A stretch of 64,000 bases of DNA from Marsupella aquatica (GCA_973895155.1 OZ316899.1:7567241-7631240); one strand, 5' to 3'. Positions 37,668-50,294 are shown, counted from the stretch's first letter. Notes: a model not told the origin generated them from the sequence alone. Numbers and translations: made by a program.

Positions 37668-37948
37668 AAACCTTACATAACCAGCCACTCGGAACTAAGT
37701 CACCATTATTATTATGAGAAATAACGAGTCTTACACTAGTGGGTTTGAGTAGGGCCAGAGAAGCACATATGTGCCAGGGGTGCACATTTTGTATCAATAG
37801 TCAGGAAAACAGTTAATTAAATCCAATGACTCTGGATCTTTCACACTCAGGAATTTTTTTGCATTATGACAAAGGACTAAAATGACAAGATACCTTATCA
37901 TAGTTGTAGACTAGCTCCATTTTCGTGCATTGCACGAAAGACTTAGAA

Positions 37949-38053
37949 TGAGGACAAGATGTCGAGGTGAGGACAAGATGTCAAGGTGAGGGCAAAATGT
38001 TGAGGTGAGGGCAAGATTTGAAGGTGAGGATAAGATTTTGAGGCGAGGCAAAC
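37949..38053. repeat. ~19-bp minisatellite, 5-6 copies, near the Helitron 3' end
   Basis: Repeating (T)GAGGACAAGATGTCGAGG-like units. Confidence 0.8.
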
Positions 38054-38259
38054 ATGGTTGTCCATTACAAACATATAATTCAGGCAAAAACTCAAAGAGA
38101 TTAATACAAAAGTGATATAATCTTTATTCATGCATGCAATAAATAACCTCATCAATCATATATAACATTTTTTGTCAACCTTGCTTGACCCTCCTCGGAA
38201 TCTGAAAGTAGAACATTGTAGGAGATGTTACCCTTGAAAATTCTATATACAATTGTCCA

Positions 38260-41200
38260 TGACTAAATACACACTTTGAAAGTTGTAACTCTACATGTTC
38301 TAAAGTCTGACCTTGAGCCTTGTTTATGGTCATTGCATATGCCACTCGAATGGGAAATTGGACCCTACATAATTAAAAAGAAGTGATTTGTCAGATGTCA
38401 ACAAAATAAGTGGGATAAATGTAAGGGTCCCTGCATGTTTCCCTACAAGAACTCGTGCCTCAATGACACAACAAATCATTGCTCTCACAATTAGCCGAGT
38501 ACCATTACACAACCCCAAGAGTGATCTATATTCCTAAGTAAAATGATAGGGCATCCAACCTTTAGTACCAACTTATGAGGCGGCAGACCACTTGGCTTGA
38601 GCGTATTCAAGAATTCCGTAGGGTAGACATTCTCCCCTTTGAGTTCATCCAGACGATCAATGCTAAAAAACTCTCTTGATTCCCCGAGAAGTACTTCTAA
38701 GATAAAGTCATTGATTTTTAGCACCTCGTCATTTGTCGGCGCTAGGATAGTTCTCTCACTTAAAAACCTATCCTCCACATTAGCAAGAGATGGGTAAATT
38801 GCATGAATCAATGATTCCACGCATCCTCCATCCACCACCATAGACTCAAGGCCAGTAATAAGATTATTTGAAGGCCATCCTTTTGGAATTTTATCATTGC
38901 CTAATTGTAGTAGCCACTCCGCAAATGTAACATTGCCAAATTTAGGAGACGCATTAATTCCTCTTGCCCGCATATTTCAATTTGCTTCAAAGTCCGTATA
39001 CTACACGACCCCACAATCTCCGGACGAGTTGCCCTTGCCTTCGCTAGAAGCAATTGTCAAAAATCACCTGCAAATACAACTAGAACCCCTCCAAAGATTT
39101 GGTCATTATCTTGTATGTCGCATACAGTTCTATCCAATGCCTCCACTCCATGTCAATGGATCATGGGATGAATCCCACAAAAGTAAAGTTGCCCTGCACA
39201 ATAATTCGACAAGGTCAAATTGTTTTTGGATGGCGCATGTCGATATCAAGATTGGTTTCTATGGTAGTTTGAATCATGAGTGCGCAGTGCGTCCTCAATC
39301 TAACAAAAGACTTGCAATATCCGAGGAAGCCACGGCCAATGCAATGTCCCCATTTGCACGGACTCTCCAAAGTAGAACATTCTCCAAAAATGTTTTGCCC
39401 GTCCCCCCTGGTCCATCAATAAAGAATGTCACTTCATCTTGAGCCCTCACTGTTGCAAGTTGTTGTAGAAGTACATTCATTGGATAACATGGCTCCTCTC
39501 TTATCAACCGATTTCTATTTTCTTCCTCTTGGAAAAACTCCATTACCTGGTTCCAAAAGACCAAACTCCAACAATGTTTACCGACACTATTCAAAGCCTC
39601 ATCCATCAAATGTAGAGCAAAGCTTTGTTGCTACTGCTCTGTTGAATCTAAGAAGCCCATGGATTGCAAACAATACCTACAATCATCACTCAAATTGGAT
39701 GCATGTTGTATCCATAGGTCGTACTGTTTGGCAACACCTCCAAACAACAATATTGTAATAGATAGTTGCCAAATTTGCGCACCGGTTTGCATGCTTACCG
39801 CTTCTTGAAGGCATCTATCCCACTCCTCATCATTCTCATACAAACCCTGTGCAAAAGCTGCAGCCTAAAAGGTTGGGTATACAGTTCCCTCAAAAGTGCA
39901 AAGGTCAATGCACGATGTTGCACCTTTGATGTGAGAAAGAAGGGCCCTCAAGTAGTATTGTTCACCCGCGACTGGTGGCACAAAATACATCCTGCCAATG
40001 CTAAACCCTCTTCTTTGTGGGTTCCATGCATGGGAGGATGCATCCCATACAAACTCATGGGGGAAGTTGTTGTACAGAAGTTGTGTTGCAATGCACTAGC
40101 TCTGAACCACCTTGTGAGGGTCGTGTCCCTATGAGATTCTCGTTGGACCACATCACTAATGTCATTGAACATTATAGATTGTTCTCCCTCACAATGCACT
40201 TGCAGCCATTACACCAAAGTAGTACTCTCAAACATTTCAAACTGGTTAATATGCCATACTCCTTTAGCAACAGACACATATCTGGCATCTAAATGCTCCT
40301 TTACTTCATCTTGTTGCTCCACCTCCACCGTTGCTTTATTGTGCCCTTTATACCATTACTTATATAAATACTTGATTGCTTTAATGGAGCAACAAATCTA
40401 CACATTGATATGGGCATTAAATCTCATGCTCATATATGGACTATGAGGAACAACCCACCTATTGTCAAACTTAAACCTGCTCCGGTCTTTCAGGAAATTG
40501 CAGCCATCATCCCGACGTCCCGCCCAACATTGGTACATGGGATACCCATCATCTCCAAAAACTGTTATGGTTGAGATTGATCTTGGGTAACCCTTGCTAC
40601 ATTGTCCGTCAACCATGCAAGGTGAGTTTGGATACCCACAACTGCAAGGATCATGTACCATGGACTTCATAATAGTCTGATATAATTGGGGATAAACTTG
40701 CCCGTCTAATATCTCTACTGAAACCAATTGGTCAACCAACTTTGGGGTGCGGTGCTTATATCATTCCACCAATATTATCAAAATGTGGGCATGCGACAGA
40801 CTCCTCTTCTGAAATTTGATGACATACATAGAGGCAACACGTCTACCTAATGCCCCTGCCCAAATATTTGCCAATAAGGCCTTCAACTTAAGTTTAAACA
40901 CTCTCACAACAATGTCATCGCGGTCGGCCGGTGTCTGGTAGGGGTAGCACTCCACTCTGATTTCAGGCCATTCAAGATTGCACGTAAAAGTTGTGAAAAG
41001 GTTAAGAGGCCCGTACGTTCAAACAATAGCCATGGCATTATGATAGGCCTACATCATATGTCGTGCACTACCCCCATGTGTGGACGGTAAAATATAGGTC
41101 CTATCCACATTGCTTGCTCATGCATCCCCCTCTTGGACTACATCCTGTAGCCCTTGACACAACTAAGTCCGAAGCTTTTTTTGATTGTTTTGAATACATG

Positions 41201-42640
41201 TGAGGCATGTCTGATCAATACACGTATATGCGTCAACAATAAATTGCTTCAGCAAGTGTCCACTGCAAAGCAACCAATCATCTTCCTGCCTTGCATGTAA
41301 CAGATACGCATAGTATTGAAGTTGGGTCACCTTCTTAGAACAATTTTGTCCACCCCTCGCTCCTGGTTCAATAGCCACAATGACCCCATGTTGGAATTTG
41401 TGGCCTGCCAATGGGATGTCATAAGACCACCCGTGCAGCTCGTGAGGGAAGAGTAAAACATAATGGAGGGGAGCATAGGACCTATGCCACTCATAAATCT
41501 GTTGCAGCCCACAATTACTCTTCCTTGGGATTATATCCCTCCCACATGTTTCAATATCCTCATCTCCAACCATTATCATGCCAATTTCATCTGCCATTGG
41601 CTTATTGTAGCGCCTAGGGTTGGTGTCCCACTCCGCTATATCTCTTGCATCTCAGTGCCGTCAATGCGGCTCCCCACATTTTTAAAAACCCTTACATATG
41701 GATTGTACGTGTGGAGCATCTCTTGCAAGGAAGCCAACATCGCTTGATCCAACCGTGGCATCCTATTCATCTTGGAACCCAAGAAAAAACCATAAGACAA
41801 AGCTTAATGTTGCATCATGTAATATCAAAGGAATTACATTTCAAGAAAGTTGTGCAAGACTTAGTGAATTACCTGTTCCCCAACTCATTCCTTGTGTCAT
41901 GAATATAGAGTTGAGCAAACTTGGGCCCCGCTCCATTAGGCGGTAAGAGGCTACTAGCACAATGATAGAATGCTCATTGGATACAACAGGAGTATGGGCC
42001 ATGATTGCCATCCCTATTGTCAAATTTCACATCTAGAGACGTAAATGCTAGTGCGTTGTTGTACCCTCAAATGTTCCTCCAGAATGCTATAGCTCTGGCA
42101 TCAGTATCGATCATCAAGTCTTGAAGAGGCTCAGGAGGAACACCAAGTGAAGGCAATCCCACTTTCCCATCAGCGCAACACATGGTGAAGCATGGGTTGC
42201 ATTGTGTTCCTGACTTGCACTCGTCAATCCAATGCAGAGCTTTACATTGTGGGCACTCAATGTTAATTTTCCCCAAAAGGTGTCGAACCATTGTAGGGTC
42301 CAATGGTTGCCTTGCCTTTGGCAACCGTTGGATCTCTTCCACTCTTTGGCGCTCTTGCAAAACATCATCTGGATTGGGTTGAGCTGAGGTAATTGGTGCA
42401 ATGTTTGTGCCTCCCATTTCCACTTGAAGGATATGGTCAATCTCCCCTTCTCCCAGTTTGTTTGACAAATCATTGAAGGTGCCCTCAACAAACGTGCCAA
42501 ATTGACCAGCCCCATCATTAAGGATAGGATTTTCCCCCTTGTGCAAGGCACCATCAATGCGCTGGCCAATCTTCATCACAGACGTGAGGTACAGATTGTC
42601 CATTGTTTGGTATGGGCTCACGGGACGGGGGATAGGCAAA
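38260..42640 (-). pseudogene. Helitron Rep/helicase (RepHel), heavily disrupted
   Basis: Zn motif CPQCKALHW..MCCADGKV. Rep motifs LFTTFTCN, VIKFQKRSLSHAHILI, IKYLYK. PIF1 helicase motifs [45 protein letters not shown]. Confidence 0.93.
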
Positions 42641-43139
42641 GAGGCAACCCCATGCTATAAAGCGCCATGGATGAGCCAATCCTTGTCAAAGACGTCCTGA
42701 TGTTGAGGCGCATTGTTGGTTGTGGGCTTGCATGGTGAGACAATCACAAATTCCTGAGGAGGTTGGTCAATCCTACATGCATCCAGGGCACCACCGATGA
42801 GCCATCCTTCATCAAACATGGGGGGTTAGACTAACCATTCACAGGCGTTGCTACATGACTGCAAGTTGCACTTGGGGCGGTCTCTTGACTATTATTGATA
42901 GTGGCGGATCTGGGCGATGCCTACTGAGCAACTCTTGCTTCACGACAAAGTTGCCGTCCACTATTTGCACGGGCAGATGCCACAATTGGTCCTAAACTTT
43001 CCGCCTCATGGGAGGCCAATTATGTTGTTGGGGTGTGCCGCAAGCCCTTGCTTCTTCTTGTAGTTGTCAGCCACTAACTGAGTAAGTTGGCGCGACACTT
43101 GGTGCAGCACTGGATTCAGGAATTGGGAGTGTCGCACTT

Positions 43140-43506
43140 GGTGGAACGCTTGTTTCTCATACCAGAGGCTCCAAACTTGGTGTGCCACTTGGGTATAATA
43201 TTGCACGGACTTGAGTCTCCCCTTGTAGCCATTGTTGCGCATATTGTTGGCAATGCCTCAAATTTGTGGCCTCCTTGCTTCGGGCATAGCGCCCTCAACG
43301 GGCTTCCAACCTCTCCCTTGGGGTTCCCAAAACTGTTTCCAGTTCTGGAGGGCCCACACTTGGTATGCCACTTGGTTGTGGTACCACACAAACTTGAGTA
43401 CCCTCTTGTAGTTGCCGTTAGGCACTTTGTTGGCGACGCGTTGCATTTATGAAATCCTTAGTTTGCACATAGCGCTTGCGATTGGCCTCCAACCTCTCCT
43501 TGGGGG
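43140..43506 (-). repeat. Diverged 183-bp (61-codon) tandem duplication inside an ORF remnant upstream of RepHel
   Basis: Anchors recur ~183 bp apart (CCACTTGG 43185/43368; CTTGAGT 43210/43393; CCAACCTCTCC 43306/43490). Confidence 0.7.
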
Positions 43507-44429
43507 TCCTCATATGAAGAAAACTCTCAAAACCCCTTCAACATCTACATCCAACCCACACAGCGTATGAGAATTTTGTATGCACCCATGGTCAAGCATG
43601 ACAGACCCCTTAACATGTTGAACACCGGTTGGGCCACACCTTTGCAAGAGACTCAAGACATGTGAAAAGATGTTGTATCCACTAAGGATATTGCAACTCC
43701 TCGTCTTACCCTCCCAACCTTGGTGGTGATCATCTAGCCTCTTGCCCCTATGGTATCAATTTTGTTGACATCAGGTCCTCCAACCAACAAAGAAAATGTA
43801 ATAGGAGAAAAAAATCCAGCGACCCCATTCCAACCGTCGTAACCCATTTTCCCTTGATTGGCAGCCATATTTAATGTAATTGTAACCCATTAACAATGAC
43901 TGTCACCAGTAATGCCCATGGTCCACCCGCGGGTGACCCATGCAATTGCCCATTCTGGACCATGGGCATTCTTCCATCCTGTGGGTGACCCATGCAGTTT
44001 CCCATTCCCAGGCCGTTACCCCTATGGCCAAAACTCCCATTCTTATTTGCGTGACTCCCATAGTTGCCCACTAAGTATTTCTCATTGCCTCCCAGAACGA
44101 AATGGTCCCCTCATATATGCGTTTGGGTCTTGCCACCCCCAAACAATGTTTGGTTGTGCTTTTTTGGCATCCAACCCAAAATATACTCACAATTCTGTTG
44201 TTGCACCGGTGCGTGTACAATGGTACATTTAAACCCGGAACTCAATATGATCCAGGCCCGCAAGTAATTGCCTGAGCCGCGTAGAGACTGACACAATCCA
44301 GGCGCGGCAATAATGAGGGCAGTCGTGGGCATCTGATGGTCCGTGGCGAGTCAGCCCAGACGTGTGGACAACGACACAATCTAGTTGCGACAGTAAATAA
44401 TGGCCTCACGCCATGGGCAGCCAATGGCA

Positions 44430-45075
44430 GTGATATAGTCATGGGCAACGAGGGGCCAGGGGCAAGGTGCAACCTTAGTCTGGGTGGGGAGGTAGCTGCC
44501 AGGGCAAGGCGCAGCAAGGAGCAATGGGCAATGGTGGGCGGCCAGCCTTGGCAACCAAGGCGCAAGTGAGGGCTAACGGTGGGTTGCCAACCGCGGTCCA
44601 GACATGGATGCACAGCAAGGGGGCAAGGCACGAGCCCGGGCACAAGTGAGGGGAGGGGTTTTTGTCCAGGCATGGAGGCTCAGCGTGGCAAGGAGCAATG
44701 GGCAACAATGGGCGGCCAGCTAGCAACCAAGGCGTGAGCAAGGGCTGACAATGGGTTACCAACCGCAGTCCAGGTGTGGAAGCATGGCAAGGGGCCAAGG
44801 CGCAAGCAAGGGGAGACAACGGGTTTTTGGTCCAAGTGTGGAGGCGTGGCAAGGAGCACAAGCGACAATGGGTTTTTTGAGAGCATGCTTGGACCTGGTG
44901 GCCACATCAAGGCAAGCACGCCTAGGTTGGGGTGACACGGGCATTAGGGGAGCAATGGGCAAGCAAGCGGGCAGCCACGGCACGACGACACCACTTGGAC
45001 CGAGTAGAGGCCATTGCAGGGTGGAGGCAAGTCCATGGGCTGTGGCCATGGCAGCATATGCCAGTCCAGGCATGG
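44430..45075. repeat. GC-rich diverged tandem repeats (~173-bp period with shorter subunits)
   Basis: AGGAGCAATGGGCAA..GGGCGGCCAGC at ~44517 and ~44691; AACCGC.GTCCAG at 44589 and 44761. Confidence 0.7.
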
Positions 45076-46411
45076 GATAATCTGTTGGGGCCGTGACTGT
45101 GGAATAGTCATTGAATGGAGTTAATATTAGAAATTTTGCAACTTTTTATGGAAAGTCGCGCTCTTTTAAAAGCGTCACTCTTATTCTGGATGCTTTGGAA
45201 AGCGTCCACCTTGTTACCCAATGCTTGCAATAGTGTTTACTGAATGTTAAAATTTCTAGAAAATATGGAGCCGATATATATAGACGCCTTGTGAGGCGTC
45301 CGACCACTCAAGTTGACTTTACTAGAAGCATCTGCAGATGACCACTCACTTCTTTGATGTTGTCTGAAGTGTCCAACAGCACACCAACACTTTTTGAAAC
45401 ATCCACTTGAAAGGACAAAAGTTAGACGCTGTCAAAGAAGGGATTAAACTTCCCGACGCTTTGTGAAGCATCCATTAAAGTACTGACGCTTTGTGAAGCG
45501 TCTATGTTTGGAAGATAAAGAAAGACGCAATACTTTCAAAATTGTCCGCCAAGTATCATTGCCGTTCATAAACGTTTGCTACCCCAAAGGCGACCTCAAT
45601 GTACCAATGCTTTTTGAAGCATCCATCCAAAGTTAGAATTATTTTAGTTTTTTGCAAGTTTAGATTTTTACTGGAACCACTTGATTATTTAGAATGCTTA
45701 CCGACCTTAGTTTGATCTGAAATTTTGTGTGCAGGATCCTTGTTTATCAGACTATGCATGGGGTTGTGTACTTCATTAGTTATCAGTGAGTTTCATCAGT
45801 CACTAATATCAGTCCAACATTGGAACTCAGCAAATCAGCTGAGATGATTTTTTGGGGGGCACAACCCAATTGCAGTCCGCGCCTTTGTCGGCGCCTCTCT
45901 CAGGTTGGATTGAGTACTTTACTTCGGACCATTTCTTATGTCGGCTGCCTCTCTGACATTAAAGGAGAATCTTAAGTTTCATCTTGGCGGCCTCTCTGAG
46001 ATTTCCTCAAAGTTCAGTTGAATCTCAGCGAGCCCCGCCAAGATCCAACTGAAATTTCAAGGAAAAAGAAATGGTTTTGACTAGCAAATCAGCTAAAAAA
46101 AACTTCTCACACAGGGTCTTTGATATATCATGGGGTGTCGCTACTAAATCTCAAAAAGGATCCATACAACACATCGTACAACATAGTCCATAAAACACGT
46201 CCCTTTCCAAGACTCATCTCAAAGACCCTCATTGACTTATCCAGGAGAGCTCGGCATGACATTGAAAAACAACATGGGGTCGAGTGTTGAAAGTACAGGA
46301 CCAGAACATAACCTTTGGAGGAAATTTTGATTTTACTTCGTATAGAACATGTTGCTCTGGTGTGAAATATTCACAGATTGAATTCACAAAGGCAATCCAT
46401 TGATCCTCTAT

Positions 46412-46930
46412 CTACAAACTGATCGTCTGGTAGATTAGGTCTACAATAATCTTTTGTCTTATAAGCAATAAATGTTTAGGGTCAACCGGCAATATAGAGC
46501 CTCTAGAAAGATGCTCCATGTACATTATGACATATACTCCACAATTGTAACTATCGGGTTGGGCTGGAATATTGTCGCGAACGATGCGTTGCCATTGTAA
46601 TGGCGATAAGTGGGGACAACTGCGCAAGCGGGACAGGTCATGGAGAAACCGACCGACATTCACCAAATCATCGCATTCCCATGCTTTGTCTCCAATGGGA
46701 TCGAGCAAATGTAATTGCTGCAAAGTAAAATCGACCACAGCTAGTACCCAATGTTTTGGCCTATGGATGGGGATTAGAATGAGGTCGAATGAAAAGACGT
46801 CAATGCCCTTCACAAATGCCAACACTGCGTTGAAGCTGACGCATCCGCTTCCAGCTTGTGTATATTCAATTAATAGAAGTTGGGAACGAAGTGATAATTG
46901 AATTTCCTTATATTAAGCATCTTGACCTAG
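46412..46930 (-). pseudogene. Ulp1/SENP-family (C48) SUMO protease catalytic domain
   Basis: ILIPIHRPKHWVLAVVD (His), LLDP (Asp), PAQPDSYNCGVYVIMYM (Gln, Cys). N-terminal part frameshifted. Confidence 0.88.
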
Positions 46931-47015
46931 AAACTCAATACATAAACTCCTGGAGTCCCTCGGGACATAAAATGAGCCAAATTGTTTCAAAATTGGGAAC
47001 CTGCACCCGCACTAC

Positions 47016-47357
47016 TCAAACAAATGTGTTGGGTTTGGTGGCCTTGTAAGTTATCTTTAGCTTTCGCGATGGAGGTTGAATCTTGCGGTACGTCAAGGGG
47101 AACTTGATCTTTGAATCATGGAACTGCTTGGTACTTTCTTGCTTGCACAGAGAGACAAGGACTGTCGTAGTCTTGATGATCTGGATGCAAGGGAACCGAA
47201 CTCTATGACAAGAAGCCATCTCATCATACATCTGCTCTACAGCGATGTTCAACGTGGTATCACAATATTCCTTGTACATGTTGTGATAACCTGTACGACT
47301 CTGATACCTCACCCAGAAACCGAAGTTCTTAATTGTGGTGGGCTTCTTTTCAAAGAT
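47016..47357 (-). pseudogene. RPL18a: Captured terminal exon of 60S ribosomal protein L18a
   Basis: [42 protein letters not shown]..; begins right after an intron-like T-rich tract ending CAG; no upstream exons seen. Confidence 0.9.
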
Positions 47358-47904
47358 CTGGTAGACACATTATTCAACATTTGTTAACTTCAAAACTAGA
47401 AGGGTAACACATTAAACAACAAAGAAACTCACAACATCCTCCTTTGGTCCTTCAGAGTCTGTACTTTGATTATGAAGTTTGACTGAGTTTCTGTTTACTG
47501 AAAGAATGTGACTGTGTAAGAGTTCCGTTTGGCAGTGGATTGGTTGAAGCACTTCATGCTAGTGTGTTGTCCACAGCTCTTCAACCAGCTTTCGTCTTCC
47601 TTGTCTTTCACCACTTACAATGACATCAATTCAGCTAAGACCATAGAAGGTTCCAAAGCATCTAACTTGTCAAATCGCATTCTGTTACATCAAGGACTAA
47701 GGTGTTGGGTATCAAAGGAGACAGCACAACAAACACGCTGAAAAGACTTCAGGACTGGGTTCAACAAGGTAGTGAAGGTGCTTACAGCCATAGTAAGTAT
47801 GCATTCTGTATCTTTCTCTGTTGATGTGAGCTTGTGCATAATGGGAGTTGTAGTTGGCAAGAGTTCCATAAGGCCAAATATGAATAGATCCAGAAGTATG
47901 TGTA

Positions 47905-47946
47905 TGAACCAAGTGTAGAGTTGACTCTTTCTGAATATTGTAGTCT
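47905..47946 (-). pseudogene. Ubiquitin fragment
   Basis: DYNIQKESTLHLV is identical to ubiquitin residues 58-70; the flanks are not ubiquitin. Confidence 0.65.
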
Positions 47947-49449
47947 CTTTCTGAACGTACAGTTTGGTAGGGCCAACGCCATGTGATCATGTACTTGCTC
48001 TAGCTATAAAGTTCTGAAGATATAAGCATTTTCTGTTAGACCAGGCAACTTGGGAGTTGGTAAGTGTCACCTGCATCTGAGGGGCTACACCGGGGGCATC
48101 AGTGGAGGTTCACTTGCACAACACGACAGCCAGTGAATTTTCTCTTTGGTGCAACCTGCAAGGTGAGACTTTTGGTCTTTCTGGATGAAAAAATAGGATC
48201 TTAATATGATTGATATACATGTCCGTCGAGATCATGGGTTTATCACCAAGCTCTTTGTCTTAGGAAACTCATAAACTCAGAATCAAATATGTACTATGCA
48301 CGTTTCATGCTATGTGTATACTATGACCTGTAGTTGGAACCAAGACAGTGAATGGGAACTGATTAGTTTAGGTTGGTTGCTATTGGCGAGGCAAGTCAAC
48401 CTCCTGCTCGCCTTGCTCAGCAAAGGACGTGAACAGAGGACATCACAACAAAAGCAACACTTATGGTGAGGACCCGCAACACTGAACATGTGCGGCTTGC
48501 ACACAAGGCAGAGATGTTGCACCTTGAGTATGTTAGACTTGGGATCCTTCCAGCCCATTCTGCATGGTACTTTGAGTACCCTGTTGTTTCCAAGAACAAC
48601 TACAGCCGGCCTCTACCTGCTTCAGTACCCTTCCCAACATCCTTGGTATTTGTGTCTCTTGTACATGACCCGCCACAAATTAGGTGCCAAGGGTGTGTGC
48701 ACAGTTGCCAATATGACTGTCCTGCCTGTAGGGCTTCTGGCTCATAATTGGATGACCATTCTCTTGGATGCCGATTTTTGCACAGAGCACAATGTATCAT
48801 CTGGAACCACTCGCCATCCTGCAGTGTGCCTGGTGATGTTACTTGTCCTGCCCTCCCAGACCCCACCACCGGTCACTTTGGTGTCTACACATGTTTGGAT
48901 CACATGCTCTAGAGGACCACTTGTCACACCGCATGCACAGACCAGATACCATTGACCTGTAGCTTAACACTCTGACTTCAACACAAAGGATATTTACTTA
49001 AGCAAAATATCCTAATTTAAGAGGCTAGCAAACTCGCTTAAAAGTCTCTATTGAAAGACTGCTTTCATGACTGCTTTAACCTGGTGAACATTGCAACGTT
49101 CAATGAATTAATGGGCCATGTGATAACCTATAAAATGTGATTTATGCCTCACTTATTTGTCTCAGCCACTATCATAGCCTATTTAGGATGTATAAATTTC
49201 AACCCTTATGACAATGCTTCATACCAATCCTCTTTGAAGAATGCCTGTTTTACATGTCACGACTATTGTATGTGATTCAAATGCATGAAATGTTGTTGCA
49301 GATCTCCTTTGGTGAATCATAGCCACAATTAAAATTGAGGTGTTGGTGGAGCAATTGTATTAGGGGATCAGTTTTGTGTGTTGGCTCAACATACCAAAAG
49401 TATGTCTGCTCTGCATCCTTGTGTGGCCATTCCAATTCATTGCAGTAGC

Positions 49450-49593
49450 AAATGCCTTTGTACCTTAAATGCTAAATATATTTTACTTTTTGTGCAGTCT
49501 GCTAAATTATAGAGTCTATCTAAATGCCTTTGTACCTTAAATGCTAAATATATATTACTTTCTGTGCAGTTTGCTAAATTGTAGAGTCTATCT
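49450..49593. repeat. 72-bp tandem duplication
   Basis: 49450-49521 and 49522-49593 are nearly identical, just upstream of the PHD ORF. Confidence 0.9.
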
Positions 49594-49604
49594 CATGTGC
49601 AGGC

Positions 49605-50294
49605 ATGGCACGGCCTAAAATTCAAGCCAAAAAGCGTGTGATAGAGGTGAGAAACACAGGTGTACTTGGGGCAGATGCTACTAACTTCTCTACAAGTCAG
49701 ATTTTCCAGAAGGCAGCTCATTGTTGTGCCATTTGTGACGATGGTGGGGGCCTGGTCATTTGTGAGGGCCCTTGCATGAGGCATTTCCACCTCAACCCGA
49801 AGTCTGACCTTGCTGCAGAAAACAACTGTCTAGGGGTGGGCCTCCCGTCAACACACTAGGGAGACTGGATGTGCACTGATTGTTTGGAGAAGCAGGCTAA
49901 GTGTGCACAGTGAGCACAGTGTGGGAAGTTGGGGTCCTATGAGGGCTCTGTTGATGCTGCAGCAAATGTTAGGAAATGTCCAAACCGTTTTTGTGTGAGA
50001 TTTTTCTGTTTTGAGTGTTTGCCTGCTCATGCCACAGCTTGCCCACTTCATAGGTGCAAGGCATGTGGTGAGCATGATGATGACTACTGGACTGACATAG
50101 TCCACTGTGCTAGGTGTCCCACTATGTGGCACTATCATTGCCTGAAAGATCGTCAAGCGGAGGGTTATGCTTGTGACAGAGAAATCTATGATCACTCTGC
50201 ACATGGTGTTGATCGATGGATATTTTATTGTCATCGCCATGCCATTGATCCTATCTCGCGCACTCCTGTGAGAGATCACATATCTTGGCTGTGA
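49605..50294 (+). pseudogene. Stand-alone EDM2-type composite PHD-finger protein (two in-frame stops)
   Basis: CAICDDGGGLVICEGPCMRHFH...CGKLGS...CPLHRCKAC...CARCPTMWHYHCL...IFYCHRHAIDPISRTPVRDH follows the EDM2 PHD region, including its TPVRDH end. Single frame with stops at 49857 and 49911. Confidence 0.85.

Larger units (their letters stand above)
37911..45077 (-). mobile_element. Helitron (autonomous-type, degenerate)
   Basis: 3' terminus CTAG at 37914-37911 followed by T, with hairpin TTTCGTGCA-T-TGCACGAAA (37921-37939) just inside; RepHel remnants. The 5' TC end is uncertain (candidates 45077 and 45284). Confidence 0.85.

Noticed and set aside
37734-37746. CACTAGTGGGTTT as the left TIR, which would make a ~23.5-kb CACTA containing the Helitron
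   Set aside because: Partial TIR match and a few GTCA motifs, but the TSD (TTA vs GGA) and flanks disagree. Left open, not called.
44242-45080. Several overlapping 80-140 aa ORFs
   Set aside because: By-products of GC-rich tandem repeats, with no domain motifs.
45320-45332. TACTAGAAGCATC as the left TIR of the large CACTA
   Set aside because: Only 10/13 match to CACTAGAAGAATT, no matching 3-bp TSD, and the surrounding repeats (GACGCT) differ from the right-end motif.
45700-46140. Possible MITE with CTCAG/CTGAG motifs
   Set aside because: No clear TIR pair or TSD could be defined.
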